Part shown: positions 41,537-53,587 of the stretch, one piece after another | Position numbering within the stretch: position 1 is the stretch's first letter | Layout: the number at the start of each line of letters is the position of its first letter | Assembly: GCA_951406725.2 (NCBI GenBank) | Contig: OX597816.1 | Coordinates: forward strand, 123,442,001 to 123,506,000 | Direction: 5' to 3' | Origin: Octopus vulgaris | Taxonomy: Eukaryota | DNA length: 64,000 bases | The notes under the pieces: model-generated | What the model was told of the DNA's origin: nothing | Seen by the model: only the letters and a program-made list of their open reading frames with translations | The model's database searches: none | Translations under genes and position numbers: made by a program

Positions 41537-42613
41537 GTCAGCAGTGGTGTCCCACAAGGCACTGTGTTGGGCCCACTTCTCTTCATCATCTACATAAATG
41601 ATATTACTGACACCATCAAACACAGTAACATCAGAACCTTCGCTGATGATTCCAAGCTCCAGAAGGTCATCAATGGCGTGGATGACCGAATAAACCTTCA
41701 GTCAGACCTACTGGCTGTTGTCCAATGGGCGGAAAAGAATAACATGTTGCTAAATGAAGACAAATTTGAACTGATCCACTTTGGAAGGGAGGACGCTCTG
41801 AAACTCCCATACTCTCTTCCTTCTGGAGAAATTCTCATGGCATCCAACAACATCAGAGACCTGGGAGTAACAGTGGACAACAACATAAGCTGGGCTACAC
41901 ATATAAGCAGTAAAGTTGACATGGCCCGCAGAATGTGTTCCTGGATTCTCAGAACCTTCCAGTCGAAGATTCCCACGCTATTATCCTTCTCTTCTCCACT
42001 TTTGCCCGACCCCACCTTGAATACTGCTGTCCACTGTGGTCTCCCTACACAAAACAAAATATTATGAGAATTGAAGGTCCCCAAAGGTCAATCACAAAAA
42101 AGATAGATGGCATGTCAGACATTGACTACTGGGGTAGACTAGAGAAGCTGAAATTGTATTCACTCCAACGACGCCGTGAACGCTACATTATCTGTATGAT
42201 GTGGAAAATATTCCACCAGCACTGTCCGAATGATGTTGGCATCACCTTCAAAATGCATCCAAGGCTCGGACCACGTGCCATCCGTCCACAACAAAAATCT
42301 AAATCGCATCACATAACGACAATACGGCACAACTATTTCACCTCAATTGGACCTGTTCTCTTCAACATTACACCAGGGCACGTCAAAAAAGAAACTGACC
42401 ACACAAAATTCAAGAAGTCTTTGGACAAATTCCTTCAAACAGTACCGGACAAACCACCCACACCCGGATATGTCTCCGCAAACAATAACTCTCTGCTCGA
42501 ATGGGCCTTGGTGCCCAAATCCTGAACTGAAAGACTTCGCCAGGTGGTGCTATTAAGTTAGACATGGCCTGGACCAATACTGGCCAAAACCTTTCTAAGT
42601 TATTCTAAGTTAT
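41537..42613 (+). mobile_element. CR1/L2-group LINE, 5'-truncated, RT C-terminal half with one frameshift (~41965)
   Basis: [20 protein letters not shown]...FADDSKL...LQSDL...RDLGVTVD; second frame [13 protein letters not shown]...LYSLQRRRER; stop at 42525; short UTR and TTCTAAGTTA repeat tail. Confidence 0.95.
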
Positions 42614-42669
42614 TATATATATGTATGTATATATATATGTATGTATGTATATATATATGTATGTATATA

Positions 42670-42710
<41 letters not shown>

Positions 42711-42877
42711 ATATATATATGTATGTATATATATATGTATGTATATATATATATAAATGTATGTATATATATATATATGTATGTATATATATATATGTAT
42801 GTATGTATATATGTATGTATGTATATATATATATATGTATGTATGTATATATATATGTATATATATATATATGTATG

Positions 42878-42930
<53 letters not shown>

Positions 42931-43172
42931 CAGGATGTTAACGAGAGATGTTAATGAGTAGGGATGGCTTTTTTGAGGGAATAATTTTTATGTTAATCTT
43001 GATAATAATGAGAACAGAACAGGTGACCTCACCACACAGGTCAACTTTTGACAAGAAATCAAGAATAGTGATTTTTCTATTTGGTTATTCTATTTGGTTA
43101 TTCTTGATAGACTTAAATCTTCCCCCCACTGTTCTTAATTAGTATTAATCTTATTTATTATTTTATTATATA

Positions 43173-43678
43173 CTAGCAGTATCGCCCGGCGTTGCTCGGG
43201 TTTGTAAGGGAAATAACTATATAAGCATTTTTAGAGAGTTACTTCCCTTATAAATTCGGGCTTTCTTAGCCATTTCTGTTTTGGTGTCTTCAAGCCATGA
43301 AGTCGTTGTTTTAAAAGAACGCTGGTTTCCTTCACAATGCATTACGACGTTGATTTCTTTACACTCCCTTCCCCACAGCTTCACGAGGGAGGGAAGGGGG
43401 AGAAGCAAACAGGTGCAGCTGTGAGCGTGGACGCCAACTCCGTCGCCATCGACACACGATGCATTTTATGCATTAAAATGGAATAAAAAATGATGTTAAA
43501 TTATTTTTAAAATCGTAGACTCATCGTTGACGCGCGCTAATAGTCAGACGGGCTCGATATGAATCACGACTATAAGATACCCGAATTTGGTTAAACTGCA
43601 CCGCAAAATGTGGGAGGAGTTAGGAATCTAAATCGAAGGGGACAGACACTCACACAACTAGAGTTTTATATATATAGA
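43173..43678 (-). mobile_element. Complete non-autonomous Helitron
   Basis: Minus strand A|TCTATATATATAAAAC ... CCCGAGCAACGCCGGG hairpin, then CTAG|T; inserted in AT with no TSD. Confidence 0.88.
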
Positions 43679-43832
43679 TATATATATTTCGTTTTTCTTG
43701 ATTTCATTTACTTTCTTCTCCTTCCCCTTCTTTGCCTCCTTTCTTCCTTCATTTTGTTGTAGTGGTGGTTCTTCTTCTTCACACATGTTTTTGTATTCTT
43801 TATATATATATATGTATATGTATATGTATATA

Positions 43833-43980
43833 TAGTTGGAATTTACAAGAAAACAAAAGACGAAAAGAGGTGTGTAAACAACAAACAGGTGTATTAGTTG
43901 AATGCTTGGGAAGGTGAGAAAGTCTTTTATGCTTTGAGCCTATGCTCTTCAACAGAAAGGAATATGAGAAAATAAACAGA
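43833..43980 (-). mobile_element. Family H2 repeat (hammerhead-like motif decayed, 43924-43959)
   Basis: Reverse complement CTTT-CTGTTGA-A-GAGCATAGGCTC-AAAGCATA-AAAG. Confidence 0.7.
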
Positions 43981-44339
43981 TATTATTTAAAAAATTTTTT
44001 ATTTCATTTTCTATATTTTTTAATATCCTTTTTCCTTTTCTGTGAATATTTTTTGTATGTATATTTGTAAGAAAAAATCTTTTTACTAGTTAAGCAACCA
44101 GTAAAACATATATTTTTCAGTTTGAAAATTGTCATCAGAGTTGTCGAATGTGTTTTTACTACTGTTGTTGAATTCTTTACACTGTTGTTGAATTGTTTTT
44201 GTGGAACTCTTCTGTTTTTGTGTGTTTCTTTGAAAATACTTTTGTTTTCTGCATGTAGCAGATTTGTTTATTTTTCTTTCCCCTTGTTTCAAGGGGGAAA
44301 CTTAACTGAATTTCTGTTTTTTTGTTATTATGAGTGCTT

Positions 44340-45290
44340 CGTCTTCTTTGTCTGATGAAGAACTTCATTTTAAAAGGACTTTAGAAGCCATGTTGAACAA
44401 TATACCTGTTGAACAGGCAGAACGTTTAGAAAAAAAGTAATGAAAACCAAAGGAAATGAAAAGGATACCACAAAGAAAAACAAAGAAAAACAATACAGTT
44501 AACTTTGCAGCTGCAGTCTCAGTGGCAAAAGAGGGCTTAAAAATCGTTAAATACAATGGACTACTGCAAAAAGAGGGATATGATATAAATTAGTCCTTCC
44601 CAGTGAACTTACACATACAACCCAAAGACAAACAAAAATATATAAAATCTTTCATATAAAAAACAAAAAAATGACTTTGTATCATGAGATGCAATTGAAA
44701 TATGTTTACCACTTATTTGGCAAGAGACTACATACATAGCAAGGGGGAGAAGATTTGGGACAGGAGAAGTATGTTTCTCTAATGAAGAAGAAGCCAGGCA
44801 ACACTCTACAGCTTCACTTAAGTTGAAAGAGGTGGTTCTCCTGTTGACATACCTTGGAAGGCACACTTCCAGAGTAAGAGTGGCAGAAATTCTACCTGAG
44901 ATAGAAGTGGCCTGGCTTGTAGCAGTTTTAATACTGGGATTGGAGGATAAAATTATTATCCTCCAAGCTACCAAATTCCATCAACAAAATTGGATTGGTT
45001 AAGCATCGGAGTTGATTATTCAAGCCACCTCCCCTTGATCTTGAGGAGATTCCTACCTTACCTCCATATTAACAGGAGAAGATGTAAACCTCAGGATCTT
45101 GGTGGAAGGACAGAAGCCAAGATGCTACAAGTATAAGGAAAAAGGTCACCTACGCTCTGATTGTAAAGCAGGCAAGGAAAATCCACCAAAATTGAGGAAG
45201 ACTCTACAGCTGAGGAAACTACACGAGGCGAGGGTTGCAGTGCCTCCACCAGCCATGAAGCAACTGGAACAAGCACCACCTGAAGATGCA
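44340..45290 (+). mobile_element. L1/Tx1-like ORF1 (gag-like, zinc knuckle) remnant
   Basis: Broken frames ...YLGRHTSRVRVAEILPEI... and VEGQKPRCYKYKEKGHLRSDC (degenerate CCHC preceded by a GQ.P.C motif). Confidence 0.6.
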
Positions 45291-45294
45291 GCCA

Positions 45295-45870
45295 CCAATT
45301 CTTCCGTGGTATACGTGTGGCTTGGAGGACCATCTACCTCTGGAGGGATTTTTTCCACCCTCACCCTGGAAGCATGTCTTTCCAAGTAAATGGGAAGAAG
45401 AACCACTTCGTCTGTCTTGAGGGAAGTTACGGAATGCTGCCTGGCTATTGCCTCAGTTGTAAACCACCCCTCTACCGTTACATACTTTCTTCCTCTGCCA
45501 GATGAGTCTCAGCTCTTTTACAATTTGAGCCTTTGTTGCTATTTCTATCCTTTGTAATTTCTGGTTGTACGTTTTGTACATTATTGTCTTTTCTTTCACT
45601 TGTTTTGTAGTCTTACTGGGAGGGGGTCACCATTACTTCGTTTCCCTCCCTCTTCAACATTGTCTTGAATTTTTAAAATTCTTCCCTCTTGATACATAAA
45701 TCTTCCTTTTCGCCTCTAGCTACATTCGCAAAATTCTTCTTTCTTTCCTCCTCCATTGCATGGTCAATTATTTTTATTCTCTTTATCAACTCCTCCTCAG
45801 ATGATGTCATGTCTGACGAGCTAACATTATTGTACATCATTTTGATAACAGTGCTTCCCATTCAAACAAG
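45295..45870 (-). mobile_element. Second, inverted fragment of the same ORF1 family
   Basis: Minus-strand VLLPIYLERHASRVRVEKIPPEVD parallels plus-strand VLLLTYLGRHTSRVRVAEILPEIE. Confidence 0.55.
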
Positions 45871-46189
45871 GGGTAAAGCATCAACTATACCACCGCAAGG
45901 CAGCAAAACAAGGTATTGTTAAACACAAAACAAATAGAATCAACAGCAATTCAACAATTAAGCTATAATTTTAACGGTGTGACTTACAGGGAATTACAGA
46001 TCATTGAACAAACATTCGTAGTGTACAACTACTAAGAAAATTACAAAAAAAAAAATGCAAAATTTATACGTTTAGCTAGTCCATGAAATATGCATGAATA
46101 TAACCTAGGATGAGTTCAAAATTTGGAGGGTTAAGACAATTTGAAGTGTATAGATTAATTATTATACTGAGAAGAATTTAAAAGTAGAA

Positions 46190-46935
46190 AAGTACTTATG
46201 TTGACATGAGATCAAATACCCAGAGATATTGTTAATCAATAATTCTTTTATTCTTTCATAGTATGTTAAGGGTTTCCTTAATGCATAATTTGCAAACTTT
46301 TGTATTATATGGAATGGATTCACTAATAGACCATTTTAAAAAGTATTCATTATTACTATTTTTTAATTTATTGATATAAATGGCCAGGGCTGTTTTAGTT
46401 TTAGATTCCTTATTTATGAACGAGTTTAAATGCGACCTATACCTGACTTTGAAATCAATAGTACTCCCTATATAAACTTTCTTAGGGTCCTTTAAGGTGC
46501 TTACTTTGCATTCATATACAACGTTTCTATGTAGACACTGACCATTTAAAGGAATGGTGTTTCAGGATTGGCAGGTGCATCTTTTATCCCTGGAACAATC
46601 ATTTTCCTTATTATACCCAGCTATACTAACTCTATTATTAACCATATTTCACAATTTAAATCTATTATTCATTGCTATAATCGACCCCAAATTTGGCATC
46701 GTAGAATAAGATAATTTCAAAGATGATCTATTAAATATAGGAAGATACTTATGTTCTAAGGGGATGTTCTTATCAATTAAGCTAAAACAACATCTTAGGA
46801 GTTTCCTAAGATGGAAGGGAAATAGAGTGGTAAACCAGATTATATCCGGTTTTTGAGATGTTTTACAACCAGATTGTCTGCTCAAGTTTGGGTTCTCTGT
46901 GATCTTATAGTTCAAATGATAGCTATTCCTATTAT
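46190..46935 (-). mobile_element. Penelope-like element linker + GIY-YIG endonuclease remnant
   Basis: IIWFTTLF...IFNRSSLKLSYSTMPNLGSII...PLNGQCLHRNVVYECKV...YIGSTIDFKVRYRSH. Confidence 0.8.
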
Positions 46936-47716
46936 GTCTATATTTGTGTGTATGTGTGTGTATGTGTGTGTGTGTGTGTGTGTAGATAGATAGACACAGG
47001 CATATATACACTTACATTCATATACACATACATGAATTACACAAATACACATCTACACTGAATGTTTACATGCATAAATATTTTATTTTGTAATAAATTT
47101 CACTGTAACTGGCTGAGTTTCCATGTGGAATTCAGCTGTATATTGTAAATTTGCAATTAGTAAACTGCAGTTGCTCTGTATAATGTGACAGTTTTTCAGA
47201 AAATCGAGTCAATTGTTAATGAACATGCAATATATTTTTACATAAAATTTATGTTCAAAAATAACATCTCCAAATGTACCTTAGAATGGTATTGTAATTT
47301 AGTGCAATACTAAAATTAAATTCCACAACATGATTTACAGCATCACTTATCAAAATGTGAAAAATACTTTTTTTTTCTTTGAGGATGTAAAATTAATTTC
47401 ATGTTTATTATATTTCTTTAGAGATACAACATGTACATTTGTTTTTGTATCATTTTTCATCAAGGTATAACAGAAAATTTATTCAACTAAAAATAGAGAA
47501 TAGTCAGGTTAAAGTTAATTACAATTGCAATATTGTTTCCCACCCTTGTACAAACTCCATTACCTTCATAAAAGTTAAAGAGAAATGATATTTATATTTC
47601 TGAAATGGTTGTTTTTCTCTCTCACACACATCTATAAGCATGCACTTTTTAACTTAAAGTCTATGATAGCTTGACAGATATGCAATAAAATATTATAAGA
47701 ACAAAATAAAGAGAAA

Positions 47717-47752
<36 letters not shown>

Positions 47753-47814
47753 TATGACTAATATAAATAATGTAAGTAATATATGTGTATGTGTGTGCAT
47801 GTATATGTATGAAG

Positions 47815-48425
47815 TTGCATGGCTCAGTGGCTAGAGTGTCAGGCTCACAATCATGGGGCAGTGATTTCGATTCCTGGACCAGACTATGTGTTGTGTTCTT
47901 GAGTAAGACATTTTATTTCACGTTGCTCCAGTTCACTCAGCTGTAGAAATGACGTCACTGATGCCAAGCTGTATCAGCCTTTTCTTTTCTCTTGGATAAT
48001 ATCGGTTGCATGGAAAGGGGAGGCTGGTATGCATGAGCTACTGCTCATAAAACATCCTTCCCTGACTTGTGCCTTGGAGGGTAACTTTCGAGGTGTAATA
48101 TGCCCATGGGCATATGGCGTAGTGGTTAAGAACATGGGCTGCTAACCCCAAGATTCCGAGTTCGATTCCAGACAGTGACCTGAATAATAATAATAATAAT
48201 AATAATAACAACAACAACATTGAAAAATACCTTAGGAACGAGAACCCAGGTTTGAAATTTCCCCAAGACACCTGATGAAGGCTGGAGGGTATATCAGCCG
48301 AAAAATTGTGTGAACAACAAACAAGATGAGGACAAATATCTGTCAAATGTACATAATTCCTCATCTCTTAAATATAGAACTGTGTAATCATGTTGTCATT
48401 CATGACTGAAAGGGTTTTTTACCCC
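47815..48425 (+). mobile_element. tRNA-derived SINE family C, interrupted by the H3 element
   Basis: Head GCATGGCTCAGTGGCTAGAG; body to 48099; tail resumes at 48382 (gtcattcatgactgaaaggg). Confidence 0.8.
48100..48381 (+). mobile_element. H3 element: tRNA-like head + (AAT)n + hammerhead motif (48268-48311), 7-bp TSD
   Basis: A box TGGCGTAGTGG 48115-48125; B box GAGTTCGATTCC 48158-48169; ACAC-CTGATGA-A-GGCTG...CAGCC-GAAA-AA-TT-GTGT; GTGTAAT at 48093-48099 and 48382-48388. Confidence 0.8.
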
Positions 48426-48499
48426 ATATACATATAGTAATACATGCACACACACACACATTATAATGGAATAGTTAGTATAAAGCATTATGTTGAATA

Positions 48500-48869
48500 T
48501 ATTATATAAAATTCATGGGTGAGGCCGGAACAATGTGAAATAAATCCAAGGCATATCACAAGAAAACCGGCATATGAATTGATAGTGACTTACCCTACAT
48601 TCAGTATTTTATGATTATGACCCCCACTTCAGGAATTAGCAAATGTTGCAAATGTAACAACCCTCCTCAGGAAATAGCGAATGTTGCAGATGTGACATTT
48701 GCTAATTCCAGAGGAGGATTACATTTGCTAATTCCGGAAGAGTGGGGTCATAACCCTGAAATATTGAATGCAGGGTAAGTCACCATCAATTTATATGCCG
48801 GTTTTCTTGTGATATGCCTTGGATTTATTTCACATTGTTTCAGCCTTACCCACGAATTTTATATAATAT
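48500..48869. mobile_element. Palindromic MITE with ~150-bp inverted arms
   Basis: tattatataaaattcatgggtgagg...gaaataaatccaaggcatatcacaagaaaaccggcata is mirrored at 48790-48869; internal GGAATTAGCAAATGT repeats. Confidence 0.85.
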
Positions 48870-49235
48870 CTATTATATAAAATCCATTCTGTCTGTCTGT
48901 CTGTGTGTTTTCTAGGATCTCGGGCATCCTCCATCCGATTGCGCTCAAATTTGATATGTAGATACCGACTGTATCAGGGCATGTATAAGTCTTGAAAAAA
49001 TGACAAAAATCGATTCCAGGTGAGAATAGGATCGATAAAGTGAATAAAATCGTTTTTCTTTGGAACAGAAAAAAGTCTATCTTTATTTCTTCTTTTGCTG
49101 GTATCTCAAATTTAGGTTAAATCAGTATTTCTCAAAGGAGAGGCCTATGGGACGGTTGGACAAGTTGTTTTGAGAAAATTTGTTTAAATGTTTGACAACT
49201 CAGCACTGTCCATTGGACAGGGAGCGTTTTGCTTG
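48869..49235 (+). mobile_element. Non-autonomous Helitron-like element
   Basis: A|TCTATTATATAAAA start, CTGTCCATTGGACAG hairpin, CTTG|T end; second copy at 32315-32693. Confidence 0.7.
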
Positions 49236-49444
49236 TATATATATATATATATATACAGTGGTTGGGAAAAAGAGACCCATAGAATAATTATTAGGTTTTC
49301 AAAAATAAGTCCTGGGTCAATTTGTTCAGCAAAAAAAACTTTCAAGGCAGTGCTCCAACCTGGCTTCAGTCAAATGACTGAAAGAAGTAAAATTATAAAA
49401 GAATGAAAGATTATACATAGGGACAAATATACAGACAGATATTT

Positions 49445-49803
49445 ATTTTATCTTTTACTTGTTTCAGTCATTAGATTGTTGCCATGCACTGCCTTGAAGA
49501 ATTTTAGTGAAACGAATTGATCCCCAGTTCTTATTTCATTTAAAACCTGGTACTTCTAGCAGTCTCTTTAGTCAAACTCACTACGTTATGGGGATATAAG
49601 CACACACACACAAAGACCACCCTCCAACACACATGTATACAATGAAATTCTTTCAGTTTCTGTCTACTAAATCCGCTCAAAAGGCTTTGGTTGGCCCAAG
49701 GCTAAAGTAGAAGACACTTGCTCAAGGTGTTATGCAGTGGGACTGAACCCAGAACCATGTGGTTAGGAAACAAACATCTTACCACACAGCCACACCTGTG
49801 CCT
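49445..49803 (-). mobile_element. tRNA-derived SINE, family A
   Basis: Family head and tail present. Confidence 0.8.
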
Positions 49804-51211
49804 ATATATGTAATTAAAGTCACTATTTTTTAATTATTATGTAATAATCGCTATTAGTTTTTATCTTTCACCATTATATGAGATCTTTGATTACACTTCT
49901 TGTTTTATCTTTTGTCTTTTACATGTTTCAGTAAATAAGTGGTTGGGAAACAAACCACACACCACACAGCCACGCCAACATTTTGATAAAAAATAAAATG
50001 TTTCCCAATATAAATTGACCTCAGAAGGACAGAAGATTGTATAATTTGTAAACTACTGTACAAAATACCTTCTGGAATTTGGTTTTATTCATTTAGGTTC
50101 TGGATTCTTGGCATTGTTTCCTTTGCTTTTAATCTTTCTGCTGTCAATAAACTAAGAAGCAGTTTAACAAATTGAGATTAATTGAATGTTTCTTACTCTA
50201 TTCTCTCTCACAAGAGAGTTCTTGTCAGTTTATCATCTGCGTTCCCAATCGTCCATGAATTTGTACCTTTATGCTTGACACCTTAGGCTAACATATGGTT
50301 AACTAATTAAAACCCTAATATTGGTTACTTAGATTAAGTGTAAGGTCAATACTTTTGCAGGGGCACAAATGCAATCAACTGAATACATCAATGTTTCTTA
50401 TTGGTCCTTGTCCATTAGTTTCTATCATTGAAAATCAAGCTTATATGGATCTTGATCACCTCCAAGCCCCTCAGTGGTCAGTTTGAATCATAATGATTGA
50501 GGTTTTGCAGTGCCTGCAACATGATTATTTGAAAATTCCATCATTTTGTGTCACAACAAAAATGCCATGAAATAAGTATTGGTCCTTGTTTATCAACTCC
50601 AGACAGACAAATCTGACATTGGGAGAATTTGAACAAAGAAATAAATAAGCCAATATTAAAAGTAATGTAAGCTATATTTTATTTGGCAATTAATCATGAA
50701 GGTCTTCTCATCACCATGTAGTTGTACAAGACTGAAATGTAACACTACCTGTCAGTGAGAGTAGAATTTAGAAGAAAAGTTTATTTAAAAACATTATTAA
50801 AAAGAAAAACTACCAGTAATTATATTTCATATAAGTGAGTTGAAGGATTAGATTAGTCTTTAGATGCAAGCAAAATGATGTGTGATATAATAGCAGCTTG
50901 CAAGATTTATGTGAAACTATTCATCCTTAACAACTAAAAATATTAAATCTTCTCCTGTTTATTATACCATTTGCCACTTATTTCTCAGATTTCATGCATC
51001 ATTCAAATCTGCTTATCATTTTGCCATACAATTATTCTTCACTCATCAAATCACATCCTTTATGAAACGAATTATAGTTACCTTAAAGTTTGAAGTATTG
51101 CTGTCAGTTTGGTTAGCAAATTTTCACAAGCAGAGAGAATAACATGTCAATATATATTATATGAACATGTGTGTGTCTCTGTATATAAGTGTATATGTAT
51201 AATATATACAT

Positions 51212-51272
<61 letters not shown>

Positions 51273-51311
51273 TGTATGTATGTATGTATGTACGTATGTA
51301 TGTATATGTGA

Positions 51312-51627
51312 AGGCACATGGCTCAGTGGTTAGAGTGTCAGGCTCACAATCATGAGCTAGTGAGTTCAATTCTCAGATCAGGCTCTGTGTTGTGTATTTG
51401 AGCAAGACACTTTATTTCAGCTGTGGAAATGAGATGTGATGTAACTGGTGCAAAGCTGTATTAGCCTTTGCCATTCCAGTGGATAACATCGACGACATGG
51501 AGAGAGGAGGCTGGTATGCATGGGAAACTGCTGGACTTCCATAAAACAACCTTGCCCAGACTTGTGCCTCAGAGGGTAACTTTCTACGTGCAATCCCATG
51601 GTCATTCATGACTGAGGGGGGCTCTTT
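51312..51627 (+). mobile_element. tRNA-derived SINE, family C
   Basis: GGCACATGGCTCAGTGGTTAGAG...GAGTTCAATTC...; uninterrupted tail GTGCAATCCCATGGTCATTCATGAC. Confidence 0.8.
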
Positions 51628-51634
51628 GTGTGTG

Positions 51635-51681
<47 letters not shown>

Positions 51682-53189
51682 TTACATATATGTGTGTGTG
51701 TGTGTGTGTGTTTGTATGTATGTATGCATGCTTATATCATCTTGAAAGTATGTGGCCTGGCTGTTTAGATGTTGCACCTATGATTGCAAAATCATGGTTT
51801 CAATTCTCACACAGGTAGTGAGCTGTGTTCTTGAACAAAGCATTTCATTCAACATTGCACCACCCTATTTATAGCAATATATCTTTTATATAAATTTATA
51901 GGCATGTAATGAAGGTAGTTCTTCTACATGATCTTATCTGTTATAGACAAAACAAACTAAGGAATATATATATTATAGCCAAAGCAATATGCATTTTGTA
52001 CAAAAAAAAATTGAATAACTCTTGTATACTCTGCATTTAACATGGAATACTTTCCATTGGTATTCCTTACTAAACAATTAGACTTTTAATGTTACATGTA
52101 TGTATGTATGTATGTATGTATGTATGTATGTATGTATGTATGTATGTATGTATGTATGTATGTATGTATGCATGCATGCATGCATGTATGTAATGTATGT
52201 ATATGTATGCATGTGTGTATTTATGTCTACACTTTATGCTTATATTTTTAAATGGCCATACGCCAGCATAGCTACTGCCCACCGGCTGGAATAGTGAAGA
52301 ATACTGTAGTTATTTTGTATATAATGAGCATTTGAATATATTATTCATCTTTAATTATAGAGAAATAACTCTTATTTTAAATATCGTTGGCTTTCATATT
52401 GGTATTATAGAACTGATATATAGTATTGATATATAGAAAAAGAAGTGTTTGGTCAGATTTATTATAATTGCTGGCTAATGTACACTGAAAGTTCACGCTT
52501 CACTAAGGAAAAAAAAAGCAACTTTGTAAGTGTCCTTTCTACTTCACTAGTTTAGGCAGTAAATCTGTATCTGCACTAAAATTAACCAGTAGAAACTTAA
52601 TAACTTTGCAAGATTTTTGTTCGCCATTTGTGCTAAACATTTTTAATATGAAAAATATGACATCACTACAGAGATTTTACTTTTTCGTTGTTTATCACAA
52701 TAAATATAACAAGCATTATCATATAACAAATTCTTATCATATTAAATATAATAAATATATAATATTTATATAATAGATATAACAAATTCTTATTATGCCA
52801 TCCCAAATATAGTGACATACATCACTAGGTAAAATTGAGTAAGTTTTATTTTCTTGTATAATGTGAAATCCTGGTATTTACATTTAAAATCTGAGAAAAA
52901 GTGTGTATATTTTCTGTATATAATGATATTTTATATATATATATATATATAATGCATACATACATATGTACTCACACATACATACATGCATAAATGAATT
53001 AATAGATTCAGCAGATGAGTACAGAGAAGCTCAATGTAGAAAGCACTTAGTTTGAACTTACACACCAAAATCTTTATTGAGGATGAAGTCAGCGGAGTAA
53101 AGAGTGGCTATAAGAGGAATCCAGGGGAATGGATATGGAGATTATGATGCAAATAAACAAATAAACATGCATGGGCTTGATATATAAGA

Positions 53190-53206
53190 TACACACACAC
53201 ACACAT

Positions 53207-53284
<78 letters not shown>
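53190..53284. repeat. (CA)n microsatellite
   Basis: Direct inspection. Confidence 0.95.
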
Positions 53285-53290
<6 letters not shown>

Positions 53291-53556
53291 GTAAATATAT
53301 ATAAGGATATTTACAGAGAGAAACAAAAACTAGATTTATGGTAATGTTTTTATGTATCCGCTACTAGTTGCATATTCTCGACTTTTTCCACACTCCATCT
53401 TCCAACATTACAATGTAATTCTGAGTCACCAGAAACAGCTGTTGGGCATGAAATAACATGCCCTCTCCTCTTAGTTTTCTGTATCTTTCATACTCCATGT
53501 AAGCTTGTTCTGGAAATATATATATGTGTGTGTGTATATATATATCTATATATATA

Positions 53557-53587
<31 letters not shown>

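Noticed and set aside
41096-42067. 323-aa ORF with a YI/MC-rich N-terminus
   Set aside because: Stop-free microsatellite fused by chance to a truncated LINE RT; not a gene.
44350-44385. Isolated CTGATGA matches (also ~2857, ~13295, ~63459)
   Set aside because: No stem II, GAAA or stem I pairing, so not hammerheads.
48108-48180. tRNA gene (Ser-GCT-like); likewise the heads at 31645-31716, 36717 and 63053
   Set aside because: Broken acceptor stem, no long variable arm, and embedded in multi-copy elements: SINE-type heads rather than tRNA genes.
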